From Octopus bimaculoides (taxonomy: Eukaryota), in the NCBI RefSeq assembly GCF_001194135.2, contig NC_068998.1, positions 38,673,290 to 38,737,289 on the forward strand: DNA of 64,000 nucleotides, written 5' to 3'. The notes beneath the pieces were generated by a model. The model made no database searches. It had not been told where the DNA came from and saw only the letters and a list, made by a program, of their open reading frames with translations. The translations under genes were made by a program, and so were the position numbers. This document shows positions 21,911 through 34,436 of the stretch, in pieces; the stretch's first letter is position 1; every line of letters begins with the position of its first letter.

Positions 21911-22626
21911 TGATTATGCTTGAATTAACTCATGTATCGAAAAGAGAAGGGGGGAAAAAACATGAGTTTATTCTTCGAGAATCAATCCATCAATTAAACA
22001 ACAGCAGCAGTAAAAACGACGACGATGACGACCACCACGCGGACAACGATGACGACAACAATAANNNNNNNNNNNNNNNNNNNNNNNNNNNNNNNNNNNN
22101 NNNNNNNNNNNNNNNNNNNNNNNNNNNNNNNNNNNNNNNNNNNNNNNNNNNNNNNNNNNNNNNNNNNNNNNNNNNNNNNNNNNNNNNNNNNNNNNNNNNN
22201 NNNNNNNNNNNNNNNNNNNNNNNNNNNNNNNNNNNNNNNNNNNNNNNNNNNNNNNNNNNNNNNNNNNNNNNNNNNNNNNNNNNNNNNNNNNNNNNNNNNN
22301 NNNNNNNNNNNNNNNNNNNNNNNNNNNNNNNNNNNNNNNNNNNNNNNNNNNNNNNNNNNNNNNNNNNNNNNNNNNNNNNNNNNNNNNNNNNNNNNNNNNN
22401 NNNNNNNNNNNNNNNNNNNNNNNNNNNNNNNNNNNNNNNNNNNNNNNNNNNNNNNNNNNNNNNNNNNNNNNNNNNNNNNNNNNNNNNNNNNNNNNNNNNN
22501 NAATAAATATAACTTTATATTTATTTTAATATTGTTCTCTTCACTTATTTTTATGCTTGTTTTCGCTGTATATTTTCCCGCGTATACTTTTACATGTAAA
22601 ATAATTAAAGCATTACGTCAGCGCGC

Positions 22627-22666
<40 letters not shown>

Positions 22667-23240
22667 GTGGTGGTGGATGAGTCCAAGCAGGAGTGTGTTT
22701 GATAAATATACATCCAGCTTCGGTGTGTAAATAGACCCCATGGATGTTTATGAATGTAGATTTATCAAACGTACGTATATGAACTTATTAACAATTCATT
22801 CTGACATGTACGTTACATTATATTATTGTTATGTTACTTAAAATAAGGAAATAAAAGAAATATATATATTGCAGATATACGTGTGTGTTTGAATGTATAT
22901 GTGTATTTATACGAAGGTGCTTGCATGTCTATGTACATATATATATGTTTATGTACATATATATGTTTATGTACATATATGTATGTATAATATACATACA
23001 TATTTACACACACACTCACATGCACACACACATATATAGACATATATATACATACATATACAAACACATTTATGCATATATATATTTATGCGTGTGTATA
23101 TATATATATATATATATACACCCATACACATACATACTCACACACATGAACGCACGCACACACACACACGCACATACACACACACACATATATATGTGTG
23201 TGTGTGTGTGTATGTATATATATATGCGTATATATATATG

Positions 23241-23274
<34 letters not shown>

Positions 23275-24428
23275 AATGTGAGTGTATGTTTAAATATGTA
23301 CGGTTTTATCCATATATAAAAATATATACACTCATTCATACATACATACATACATACATACATACATACACACATACATACGCACATCTGCTGTTGGGGT
23401 GAGTGGGTTTAGTTGCGTACAATTTCCGTGTATGAAATTCCACTCACAAAAACTTTGGTCGACCAGAGGCTATAGTGCCAAACACTTGCCCCCTGAGATC
23501 CAAAACCCATTAGTTCAATTTCAATGCAGTACAAAACAAGTCGGTAATAGAAAATTTTTTTAAGAAAGCAAAATGAATAAATAAAATAAAATTAGAAAAA
23601 AAGAAACAGGAATAAAGAAAGATTCTAAAGATTGGNNNNNNNNNNNNNNNNNNNNNNNNNNNNNNNNNNNNNNNNNNNNNNNNNNNNNNNNNNNNNNNNN
23701 NNNNNNNNNNNNNNNNNNNNNNNNNNNNNNNNNNNNNNNNNNNNNNNNNNNNNNNNNNNNNNNNNNNNNNNNNNNNNNNNNNNNNNNNNNNNNNNNNNNN
23801 NNNNNNNNNNNNNNNNNNNNNNNNNNNNNNNNNNNNNNNNNNNNNNNNNNNNNNNNNNNNNNNNNNNNNNNNNNNNNNNNNNNNNNNNNNNNNNNNNNNN
23901 NNNNNNNNNNNNNNNNNNNNNNNNNNNNNNNNNNNNNNNNNNNNNNNNNNNNNNNNNNNNNNNNNNNNNNNNNNNNNNNNNNNNNNNNNNNNNNNNNNNN
24001 NNNNNNNNNNNNNNNNNNNNNNNNNNNNNNNNNNNNNNNNNNNNNNNNNNNNNNNNNNNNNNNNNNNNNNNNNNNNNNNNNNNNNNNNNNNNNNNNNNNN
24101 NNNNNNNNNNNNNNNNNNNNNNNNNNNNNNNNNNNNNNNNNNNNNNNNNNNNNNNNNNNNNNNNNNNNNNNNNNNNNNNNNNNNNNNNNNNNNNNNNNNN
24201 NNNNNNNNNNNNNNNNNNNNNNNNNNNNNNNNNNNNNNNNNNNNNNNNNNNNNNNNNNNNNNNNNNNNNNNNNNNNNNNNNNNNNNNNNNNNNNNNNNNN
24301 NNNNNNNNNNNNNNNNNNNNNNNNNNNNNNNNNNNNNNNNNNNNNNNNNNNNNNNNNNNNNNNNNNNNNNNNNNNNNNNNNNNNNNNNNNNNNNNNNNNN
24401 NNNNNNNNNNNNNNNNNNNNNNNNNNNN

Positions 24429-24575
24429 TATATATATGGGAGAATGTACGAAAAAAAACAACAACAGACGAGGACAGGTGGTATAAACAACAAAAGGATG
24501 TATTAGTTTGACGCTCGGGAATACAGAAAGTCTTTAACGTTTCGAGCTACGCTCTTCAACAGAAAGAATACGGAC
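24429..24575 (-). mobile_element. Penelope-like terminal fragment with hammerhead-like motif
   Basis: Homologous to 12949-13075 and 49470-49600. Confidence 0.65.
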
Positions 24576-25829
24576 ATATATATGTATGTATGTATGTATA
24601 AAATATATACGATAGATAGATAGATAGATAGATAGATAGTATCTTTAGTCAGAAAGCAAGAATGCAAAATTTAACTACTATCTAGGAAGTGTCCATGCTT
24701 GATATGTCAAAAAGTAATATACTTTTATAGGGTATATGTAATGTTAATTTTCGTGAACAAGAGAGTACAGATGAACGGAGAGAAAAGAAATCAGCAAAAA
24801 TGTGTAAGAGAGGCAACAAGAGACAGTCCAAACTACTCAAGTAATTGTTGACAAAGCAAGCAGTGAGGGATGTGAAAAGATGATGATGCACAAACAAAAA
24901 GCAAAAGGGAATAACAATGACATTAGTGCCAAAGATTGTGTGTGTATGCATGTACACAGCATGGATAGTCATACATCTTAAAAGATGGGAAGGGTTTATA
25001 AGAGAAGACATATTAGGAAAAGAAAAAAACAGTTATTGACAGAAGACCCATAAAATAGGGCGATATCAAGGAGTCATAACAGGAGTAACCCAAAGAACTG
25101 GTGACAGGCCATTCGGATATATAGATGCTCATGTAAGCTGTCATCTAAATCGTGTAGGGAAGAGGTAACTGATTAGAGGATATAAGTTTAAACTACAGAT
25201 TGTTGGCCAGAGAAGAGGGTTTAGGATGTATTGATTGAGATATTTGAATATGAATCGCCATGTTATCCTTGATCAAGTAGACTTATCATCAAAGGCGTTC
25301 CAGCCATGACCATCTTGCCTGCCTAGTTTGCAGACATAATGTATCTAGGATTTGGGCAATGAGGCAATTGGTGGAAGTAGATTCCTTGAATAAGAGTAAT
25401 AGTCCAAGTATTTTCTTGTGGAAGAGTGGATTTTTGAGCATGCCAGGTACTCTTCCCTGCATCGGACAATTACAGTCCTACTTTTACTAACTAGTGTTAT
25501 GGCAATATTGCTGAGGTTGCAGAGCTTCTAGAGTGCATCGAATCTTTAGAAAAAAAAATGTTGCAAAATAAGTTGGAACAGTGTGATCATAAATTTTACC
25601 GCTTTGTGTACCTATATGAGTTTTTGTATTAAAAATTGTATTGGAAGAAAGTATTAAAGTATTTTTGCAAATATAGCAATGTTATTAAATGGAAACCAGC
25701 TATAGTTACGTATTGAAAAGGTTGACTAACATGGAGTAGATTATAAATGAGATGATCACTTTTAACTGAGGGAAAACAGGCATCTAATTTCTTTTCCTGT
25801 AGACTATTTTGCATTTTGGCGATATACTG

Positions 25830-26242
25830 CGCTTGCGAAGATCCATCAAGCCAAATGAAATTGTAGTCATGGCTGATGTTGGTGTCACGTAACTGGCACG
25901 TAAAGAGCACTGTACGAGCACTGGGCCTCATGGAAGCAAAGTGGCTGAGTTTCTTTCGAGTGTTGGGCTTCATGAAAGTAACGACCAAGACATTATGTCG
26001 TGCTTGAGAAGAAGACCCATCAAGCCGAGCAAAATCACAGTCATAGAAGATACTGGTGTCACGTAAGAGTACCCATTACACTCTCGGAATGGTTGGCGTT
26101 AGGAAGGGCATCCGGCCGTAGAAAACATTGCCAATCAGACTGAAGTCTGGTGTAGCCATGCAGCTTATCAGCTCTGGTCAAACCGTCCAACCCATGCCAG
26201 CATGGGAAACGGACGTTAAATATTGATGATGATGATGATGAT
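25830..26242 (+). mobile_element. Retroposon family D with V-domain-like motif and (GAT)n tail
   Basis: GGTTGGCGTTAGGAAGGGCATCCGGCCGTAGAAAA at 26091-26125 resembles the V-SINE central domain; ends GGACGTTAAATATT(GAT)n; internal duplication 25834-25905 vs 26008-26070. Confidence 0.65.
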
Positions 26243-26572
26243 NNNNNNNNNNNNNNNNNNNNNNNNNNNNNNNNNNNNNNNNNNNNNNNNNNNNNNNNNN
26301 NNNNNNNNNNNNNNNNNNNNNNNNNNNNNNNNNNNNNNNNNNNNNNNNNATATATATATATATATATACTCCAAGAGAGTTAGGGGTTCCCTTCTCCAAT
26401 TGCTAAATGTCCTTTAAATTTGAAATCTTAATTGTTGATATGACATGGTATGTCATAAGTGTCTGTATATTGTGGTTTTTGTCAATTTAGTCATAAAATA
26501 AAAAGATTAATCAACGGAATACAGTATCTGCAAGTTGATGGGTACCTCATATTCCCCTCCATTTTCTTATTG

Positions 26573-26603
<31 letters not shown>

Positions 26604-27097
26604 ATATAGTCTGTTTGAGATAATACATCGTGATTTAGGGTTTCATATTCTATGATATTGGATAATCGTTAGACCAACGACATAAATGATGCATTAGAAT
26701 GTTTAGCTAAAGGCTAAGCGTACGTCACACTCCAGGGTCATAAGAATAATGTCTGAATCCAAAATGTAGATTAATCTATCCTGCCAAACCAAATTCGGAA
26801 TAGTGAATAAGAAAAACCTTAAGTGATATGAGCAGTAAGCTTGAAAAGTTAACTAATTTCTACTAATGGAATAACAGTAGTATAGTTGTTAGCTGATTAA
26901 TTGTATAAACAATAAAACCGCCCCAAGTTAATGTGATTTGATATTGTGGAATTTTATTCCTCAGTTTCGGTACGGCTTAAACAATCGCTAAGATATATAA
27001 CAATATGGATGATAACGATGTCATTATTTCCGCTAGAAAAATCCTGTTCTCTGACGAAGATTAAAAGGTCAGAACCCATGGTTTATTCAGCATTATG

Positions 27098-27131
<34 letters not shown>

Positions 27132-27249
27132 ATTTATTCATTCATTTACACGTACATTTAACCTTACATACATATGCTTTTTGTGTATATATGTATGTTT
27201 GTATGTGTGTCTGTAAGTATGTATGTATGCATATATGTATATTTGTATG

Positions 27250-27283
<34 letters not shown>

Positions 27284-28118
27284 NNNNNNNNNNNNNNNNN
27301 NNNNNNNNNNNNNNNNNNNNNNNNNNNNNNNNNNNNNNNNNNNNNNNNNNNNNNNNNNNNNNNNNNNNNNNNNNNNNNNNNNNNNNNNNNNNNNNNNNNN
27401 NNNNNNNNNNNNNNNNNNNNNNNNNNNNNNNNNNNNNNNNNNNNNNNNNNNNNNNNNNNNNNNNNNNNNNNNNNNNNNNNNNNNNNNNNNNNNNNNNNNN
27501 NNNNNNNNNNNNNNNNNNNNNNNNNNNNNNNNNNNNNNNNNNNNNNNNNNNNNNNNNNNNNNNNNNNNNNNNNNNNNNNNNNNNNNNNNNNNNNNNNNNN
27601 NNNNNNNNNNNNNNNNNNNNNNNNNNNNNNNNNNNNNNNNNNNNNNNNNNNNNNNNNNNNNNNNNNNNNNNNNNNNNNNNNNNNNNNNNNNNNNNNNNNN
27701 NNNNNNNNNNNNNNNNNNNNNNNNNNNNNNNNNNNNNNNNNNNNNNNNNNNNNNNNNNNNNNNNNNNNNNNNNNNNNNNNNNNNNNNNNNNNNNNNNNNN
27801 NNNNNNNNNNNNNNNNNNNNNNNNNNNNNNNNNNNNNNNNNNNNNNNNNNNNNNNNNNNNNNNNNNNNNNNNNNNNNNNNNNNNNNNNNNNNNNNNNNNN
27901 NNNNNNNNNNNNNNNNNNNNNNNNNNNNNNNNNNNNNNNNNNNNNNNNNNNNNNNNNNNNNNNNNNNTAATCCCAAGTGGCTATCTGTTTTCCTATGTGT
28001 TCGTTCCGTTGTCTGTAGCTCATTGTTCTAACGTCCTGTACCCTGATATGCATCTATATACACATGTAGATGTAAGTATGTACATATATGTGTGTATACA
28101 TGCATATATATTCTTTGT

Positions 28119-28173
<55 letters not shown>

Positions 28174-28204
28174 GCACATAAATATATGTGGTTGTGTGTG
28201 TGTC

Positions 28205-28419
28205 GTTGTGTCTGTATATGTCCCCCTCTTCCTTTTGACAACTGATGTTGTGTGTTCACATCTCCGTAACTTAACGGTTCGGCAAAAAAAGACCGATAGA
28301 ATTAAGTACCAGGCTTGTAAAAAAAAAGTACTGAGGTAAATTCATTCAACTAAATATTCTCCAAGGCGGCACTCCAGCATGGCCGCAGTTTAATGACTGA
28401 AACAAGAGATAAAAAAAAA
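28205..28419 (+). mobile_element. SINE family A, 3' half
   Basis: CGTAACTTAACGGTTCGGCAAAA...GACCGATAGAATTAAGTAC...CCAGCATGGCCGCAG...GACTGAAACAAG. Confidence 0.85.
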
Positions 28420-28696
28420 CAACATGATATAAGATATATCAATATAGAATCCAGTCACCCTCCTGTAGTTCTAAAAACCCGGTTAATGACATCAGTAGAC
28501 GAGTCTCTCTCTCTTTTATCCAATTAAGATAACATTGACAACACAGTCGTCTATTAAAATAAAGCACTAGAAGTTAGCGAATTCAAAGATAAAATCGTTT
28601 CTACGTCTAATCCTCTGCCATCCATTAGTAAAAACACGCCACAAGTTTATTTCGTTTCTACCTTCCTTCTTTATAAATGCTGAATCTAACATTGAT

Positions 28697-28905
28697 CTTT
28701 TATCTTTCATCTTTTCAGTCATTAGTCTGTAGTCATGCTGGGGCACTGCCTTGAAGAATTTTTAGTCGAATGAATCGGTCCCAGTAGTTTTTTTTTTGTT
28801 TTGTTTTGTTTTTAAAGCCTGGTATTCTATCGAACTCTTTTGCCGAACCGTTACTTCCGAGGATGTAAACACACCAACACCGGTTGTCAGACACAAAGAC
28901 ACACA

Positions 28906-28967
<62 letters not shown>

Positions 28968-29136
28968 CACACGACTGGCTTCTTTCAATTTCCGTCTATC
29001 AAATCCACTCACAAGGCTATGGTCGGACTAAAGCCATTATCAGAAGACACTTGCCCAAGGTTTCAGGAAGTGGGACTGAACCCAGAACCATGTGGTCGGA
29101 AAGCAAGCTTCTTACCACACAGCCACGCCTGCGCCT
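28697..29136 (-). mobile_element. SINE family A, full-length, internal (ATCT)n
   Basis: Head at 29136, tail at 28697; the internal SSR is (GATA)n-type instead of (TA)n. Confidence 0.88.
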
Positions 29137-29807
29137 ATAATATGAAAAAAACAATATGAATAAACATTGGCCCGTCAACAACAAACGACACGGAAATCTA
29201 TTTAATAGAACAACACCTTCCTAATTTGAACTCATTAGCTTTCTATATTTCCTTCCAAACAGCCGTATGGTTAAGATTTCTCTACATTTTTTGTATCATT
29301 GCAATATTTCTTCCGGCTCTTTACATTCTCAGTTCAAATTCCTTTTGGGGTCGATAAAATATCCCTCAAGTACTGGATGGGGAGGGAGCAATGTAATCAA
29401 CTTGTCTCCCACCCTACCCTCAAAATTGTTGGCCTTATGTCGAAATTACAAAGGCTTGCATTGGTTTTCAAAAGCTAAGACCAGATTATATCACAATGCT
29501 GTAAAAACAGAATAATTATAAATAAAAACCAGTTTCGCTTATTGAATTTTCAGCGAATTTAGATAATCTTTCGCTATGAAAATTAATACATGATGTTTTG
29601 TAGAGGAATATCGCTCAATCTTCGGACCACATTTTCTGTGCTTTGAATAGTGCGAAAGATTTGTCTGTAATTCTTAGTATTTTTACTGTGCACGCGTGTG
29701 TGTGCGTGTACGTACGTATGTGCGTGCGTGCCTGTGAATGTGTGTGTGTGGAGTGTATATTTATAATGCTTAATGCGATGGCTGGTCGTATCTGGACTTT
29801 CTCTGCT

Positions 29808-29975
29808 GTGGCTTAGTGGTTAGGGTGTTGTACTCATGTTCGTAAGATTGTGGTTTCGATTCCTGGAGCAGGCGACGTGTTGTGTTCTTGCGCAGAACAC
29901 TTCATTTCACGTTGCTCCAGTCCACTCAGCTGGCAAAAAATGAGTAATCCTGTCACGAACCAGTGTCCTGTCCAA
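29808..29975 (+). mobile_element. SINE family C head + CORE-like segment
   Basis: GTGGCTTAGTGGTTAGGG...TTCGATTCC...TTCACGTTGCTCCAGTCCACTCAGCTGGCAAAA. Confidence 0.8.
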
Positions 29976-30378
29976 TTGGAGAAATACACATATATACACC
30001 ACAGAATCCGGGACAGCGACCTTATGAGCCTATAAGAACAACAACAACACGACCAAAATGGATACTGTACACTTAGATTAAAATAATAAAACGTCCTTGG
30101 AGCTAAACGACAATAAAAACAACAACGCCAACATCAATAGCAATGGAGGACACATTGAGTAATGTAGGCTGAGATTTAATAACAGACCTGAGCTTAAACA
30201 ACAATATTTATTGCAACAACAACGATATACAAACTGTATAAACTATTAAAGATAATTTATTAATGACTAATTTAGCATAATTTAGGTTTTATTTGATTAA
30301 TATCTCTGATAAATCAATCTGTACTTTATTAGCGACTTTGAAAATTTATCAGTGATGCTTCCATCACCACGAAACTCT

Positions 30379-30535
30379 CAGACATGGCTGCGTGGTAAGA
30401 AGTTTGCTTTCCAACCACGAGACCCTGGATTCATTCAGTCCCACTGTGCGGCGGCATCTCGGGTTAGTGTCTTCTACTATAGCCCCGGGCCGATCAAAGT
30501 CTTGTAAGTGGATTTGATTGGGTAGCCTGTTGTAT
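30379..30535 (+). mobile_element. Old SINE family A, left half
   Basis: TGGCTGCGTGGTAAGAAG...CAGTCCCACTG...GTGTCTTCTACTATAGCC. Confidence 0.75.
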
Positions 30536-30912
30536 AATGTATGTTGTATAATGTATGTATGTATGTATGTATGTATGCAATATTTGCAGTCATATAAGCT
30601 TGTCAAGAGCAGGGCTCATTAGCCACCAACGGAGCCGCAATTGCAAAATATAAATTAGTCCTAGAGCGCACAATGTCCCTGAAGGTCGGCAATGGTCTTC
30701 CTCGATCACGAGTGGACGGCCATCATCATGTATATGTTGGAAAAATAAGCACGACTTTATATTATAGTTCCTACGCGCGTTTTATCAATGTGGTTGTTTG
30801 GAGCCCTGCAACAGGTGTTTCAAGTGCATTTAGATGCACAACCACAATAGATCATCAGAGAACACTTTACCACATTAATTTACATGCACACATGTAGACA
30901 CGTACAACACCA

Positions 30913-31060
30913 CACATACGGAGAAATATTATGGAAACAACGGGAAAAGGGTTGACATGAAGTTTACCATTGTAAAAAGCGGAAGTGTACTATCCTAAAA
31001 AAAAAAAAGATGAAAATAATTGCGATAGAAACCGGAAGCGAAGACATTGATATCCTGTAC
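30913..31060 (+). mobile_element. Solo terminal arm of the Merlin-type TIR element
   Basis: CATACGGAGAAATATTATGGAAACAA...TTGCGATAGAAACCGGA is colinear with 32123-32270. Confidence 0.75.
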
Positions 31061-31077
31061 ATATAAGTGTGTGTGTG

Positions 31078-31270
31078 TGTTTGTGTGCACCACCGCTTCA
31101 CAACCGTTGTTGGCATGTTGATGTCTCCGTGAGCTAACGGTTCAACAAAAGAGGTCAACAGAATAAGTACCAGGCTTAAAAATACTTGGGAGATGGGGTC
31201 GATTTGTTCGGCCTTCAAGGCTGTTCCCCGCCCCTTCCCCACTAAAAAACAAAATAAGTAAAAGATAAAA
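31078..31270 (+). mobile_element. Old SINE family A, 3' half
   Basis: CAGAATAAGTACCAGGCTT...GGGGTCGATTTGTTCG...AAGTAAAAGATAAAA. Confidence 0.7.
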
Positions 31271-31402
31271 AGTTTTTAAAAAAGTGTCTGCAATAAATCA
31301 AATTATAATTTATTATCGATTTTGAAGATTTATCAGTCATTCTTTCTCCTCCATGAAACACACACACTCCCACGTATACGCACATGTGTGTGCATACACG
31401 CA

Positions 31403-31438
<36 letters not shown>

Positions 31439-31534
31439 CGTGGTCAATCAGTCATTTAGTATACATTATACGTGGCTCTTAAAATTTCGACACTGAGTGT
31501 GATTGTGTAACACCATACATTTAAGTAGAAATAC

Positions 31535-31703
31535 TGGGTTCAAATTTCGGCACAAGGCCAGAAATTTCGGAGGAGGGGGAATATTCGACCCCATTGCTCA
31601 ACTGGTACTTTGTACTTATTTTATCGAAGCCGAAAAGATGATAGGCAAAGACGACTTCGGCAGAATTTTAGCTCGGAACGTGAAGTCGGAATGCTAACGA
31701 TTC
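31535..31703 (-). mobile_element. Degenerate SINE family B2 lacking its 5' end
   Basis: Tail CAAATTTCGGCACAAGGCC, body TTTTATCGAAGCCGAAAAGATGATAGGCAAAG. Confidence 0.7.
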
Positions 31704-32120
31704 TTATTTCTTTATTGCCCACAAGGGGCTAAACATAGAGGGGACAAACAAGGACAGACAAAGGGATTAAGTCGATTACATCGACCCCAGTGCGTAACTG
31801 GTACTTAATTTATCGAAGCCGAAAGGATGAAAGGCAAAGTCAACCTCGGCGGAATTTGAACTCAGAACGTAACGGCAGACGAAATACCTATTTCGTTATT
31901 GCCCACAAGGGGCTAAACATAGAGGGAACAAACAAGAACAGACGAACGGATTAAGTCGATTACATCGACCCCAGTGCGTAACTGGTACTTAATTTATCGA
32001 CCCCGAAAGGATGAAAGGCAAAGTCGACCTCGGCGGAATTTGAACTCAGAACGTAATGGGCAGACGAAATACCGCTAAGCATTTCTCCCGGCGTGCTAAC
32101 GATTCTGCCAGCTCGCCGCC
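31701..32120 (-). mobile_element. SINE family B head-to-tail dimer (full copy 31889-32120 plus 5'-truncated copy 31701-31888)
   Basis: Two near-identical bodies joined at GAAATA. Confidence 0.92.
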
Positions 32121-32122
32121 TT

Positions 32123-33150
32123 TACATACAAAGAAATATTATGGAAACAATAGCGAAAGGTTTGACATGTAAGTTTACTGTTGTAAAAGGTGAAAGTGTA
32201 TTGTCCGAAAAGAAAAAAATTGAAAGTAATTGCGATAGAAATCGGATGTGAGGACACTGACATCCCATAATTTCATGCAAACAATGTATGTGAAATAACC
32301 AATCTACAGATCGTGTATATATTTACTATAACATGGACACTGTAGATATGTTTTAGATAAGATGAAAACAATGACATTGACGGAAAAATATGACAGTCAT
32401 TGATGCACGAAATGAGATTCGTGAATGTTTTCTTTCGCGATCCCTAAAACTTGTTTCGCTACACATGCTCATGAAGAAATGGCATGAAATAAAGCATCAG
32501 CAATCCCACATCGCTGCCTAAGTTTCTTCTTGGCCATCATCCATCGCCCTTCACCTGTCTATTTATGGACATTGTCATCGTTTGGATCAACAAAACTGAG
32601 TGAATAGTTGAGAGTGCTAATAAGTGTTGAAGTTGCTGAGACTCACAATAGGAAGTCCACCCATCGGATACCAAACGTGTTTTGTGAAATAGTTGTATGC
32701 CACTGTCGTCACTCCCGGTTTCAATCGCAATTTACTTTCATTCTTTTTAGGACAACAAACTTTCACATTATTACAACACCATTGTAATCACTTTCGGTTT
32801 CAATCGCAATCTCTATAATTTTAGGACTACATACTTTCACTTTCACATTGCAATGACGACACTGTTGTCATTTTCAATTTCAATCGCAATTTACTTTCAT
32901 TTTTTTAGGATAACATACTTTTACATTATTACAACACCATTGTAATCACTTTCGGTTTCAATCGCAATCTCTATAATTTTAGGACAACATACTTTCACTT
33001 TCACATTGTTATGACGACACTGTTGTCATTTTCAATTTCAATCGCCATTTACTTTCATTTTTTTTAGGACAATATACTTTCACATTGTTACAACGGTAAA
33101 CTGCATATTAACTCTTTTTCCATTGTTTCCATAATATTTCTATGTATGTA
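32123..33150 (-). mobile_element. Internally deleted Merlin-like DNA transposon with long TIRs and subterminal tandem array
   Basis: TACATACAAAGAAATATTATGGAAACAA (32123-50) vs TTGTTTCCATAATATTTCTATGTATGTA (33123-50), 27/28. Minus strand 32400-32690 reads RLVSDGWTSY ... NYSLSFVDPNDDNVHK*TGEGRWMMAKKKLRQRCG ... LHEHV*RNKF. Confidence 0.78.
32701..33100. repeat. Higher-order tandem array: five ~79-bp monomers arranged A-B-A-B-A
   Basis: Units start near 32701, 32780, 32860, 32938 and 33018; B units are nearly identical to each other and carry CAATCTCTATAATTTTAGG, while A units carry CAATTTACTTTCATT. Confidence 0.9.
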
Positions 33151-34179
33151 TGGTGTTTTACAGTCACTGGAGACCCAGCGATTATAGCAGCTCTGTTTTT
33201 TTTTCTCTTTTTTCTTTTATATTGTTCCGACAATTGTTTCATAGGCTGTGTTCACCTCTTTCCATTTTGAAGTTGATTTCATAGATTAATTTTCATTTCC
33301 AGAGAAATTTACTTTCTTGACATTTCCAACTCTATTATTCAATCTTGGAAATATTTAACAATATATATAAATATATAGAAAGAAAAAAAAATCATTCAAA
33401 CATAAACCATTGTGGTCTACTCTATTATAGAAGGAGTGAAACGAGAGTAAAACGACAGGAAAATGAAAACATGCATACAATATATATATATATATATATA
33501 TATANNNNNNNNNNNNNNNNNNNNNNNNNNNNNNNNNNNNNNNNNNNNNNNNNNNNNNNNNNNNNNNNNNNNNNNNNNNNNNNNNNNNNNNNNNNNNNNN
33601 NNNNNNNNNNNNNNNNNNNNNNNNNNNNNNNNNNNNNNNNNNNNNNNNNNNNNNNNNNNNNNNNNNNNNNNTATATATATATATATATAATATAATTATT
33701 GTGTGTGTATATATATATATATATATATACATACATTCATATATATATATATATGAATGTATATATATATATATATGTGTGTGTGTGTGCATATACACGT
33801 GTAGACATGTATACATGTATATGTATGTACATATATACACACACACACACGTACGCACGCACGCGCAGTCACAGAGGAAGCTATTCATTACTATTCCCGG
33901 ATAATGTTATCAAAATCAGTCACTCCCGAACACATTACTTACAACTCAGTTTAAGAATATGCTTCTGCATACTGGAGTCAAAAAAATCCATATACTGTTA
34001 TCAAAAGCATCTATTTTCGACATCATTACCAAGGGTTCAACCGGCACATTGGCCCAAGGAGCCGTTGAATACCTGACAGGTCTTTTGTTTAATGCAGAAA
34101 GAAAAACAAAAACAAAAAACAAACTCATTGCTCCCTTGAGTTTTGTGAGTGCCCTCTGTTTTGGAACCCCCAAAATAAC

Positions 34180-34436
34180 ATTAGCCGCATAAATCGGCGC
34201 ATTATCATTCTGGAAGATTGTGCTATCATCAGGAAAGTATTCTTTGCACCATAGAATCAGTTGAAATACTTAGATAAATCCTTGGCGTTAATGTATAAAG
34301 ACTTGCATGCGTAGCAATGAAAAGGCCAAGAGAATTTTGTGATATGGCTGCCCAGATCATCACAGAGTCACTTCTATACTTTACTGTGGAGACCAAACAG
34401 ACAGGGTTGAATGCTGTCCCCAGACATAAACTCGAC
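34180..34436 (-). pseudogene. Tc1 (DD34E-type) transposase catalytic-domain relic
   Basis: AFNPVCLVSTVKYRSDSVMIWAAIS ... (frameshift) YFPDDSTIFQNDNAPIYAA; matches the TVKHGGGSVMIW and FQQDNAP motifs. Confidence 0.75.

Noticed and set aside
30800-30865. Minus-strand CTGATGA...hairpin...GAAAC as a hammerhead ribozyme
   Set aside because: Stem II does not close on the core and stem I cannot be formed.
32701-33100. CRISPR-like array (also considered for 45611-45852 and 52531-52760)
   Set aside because: The units are contiguous tandem monomers without unique spacers, there are no cas genes, and the context is eukaryotic.
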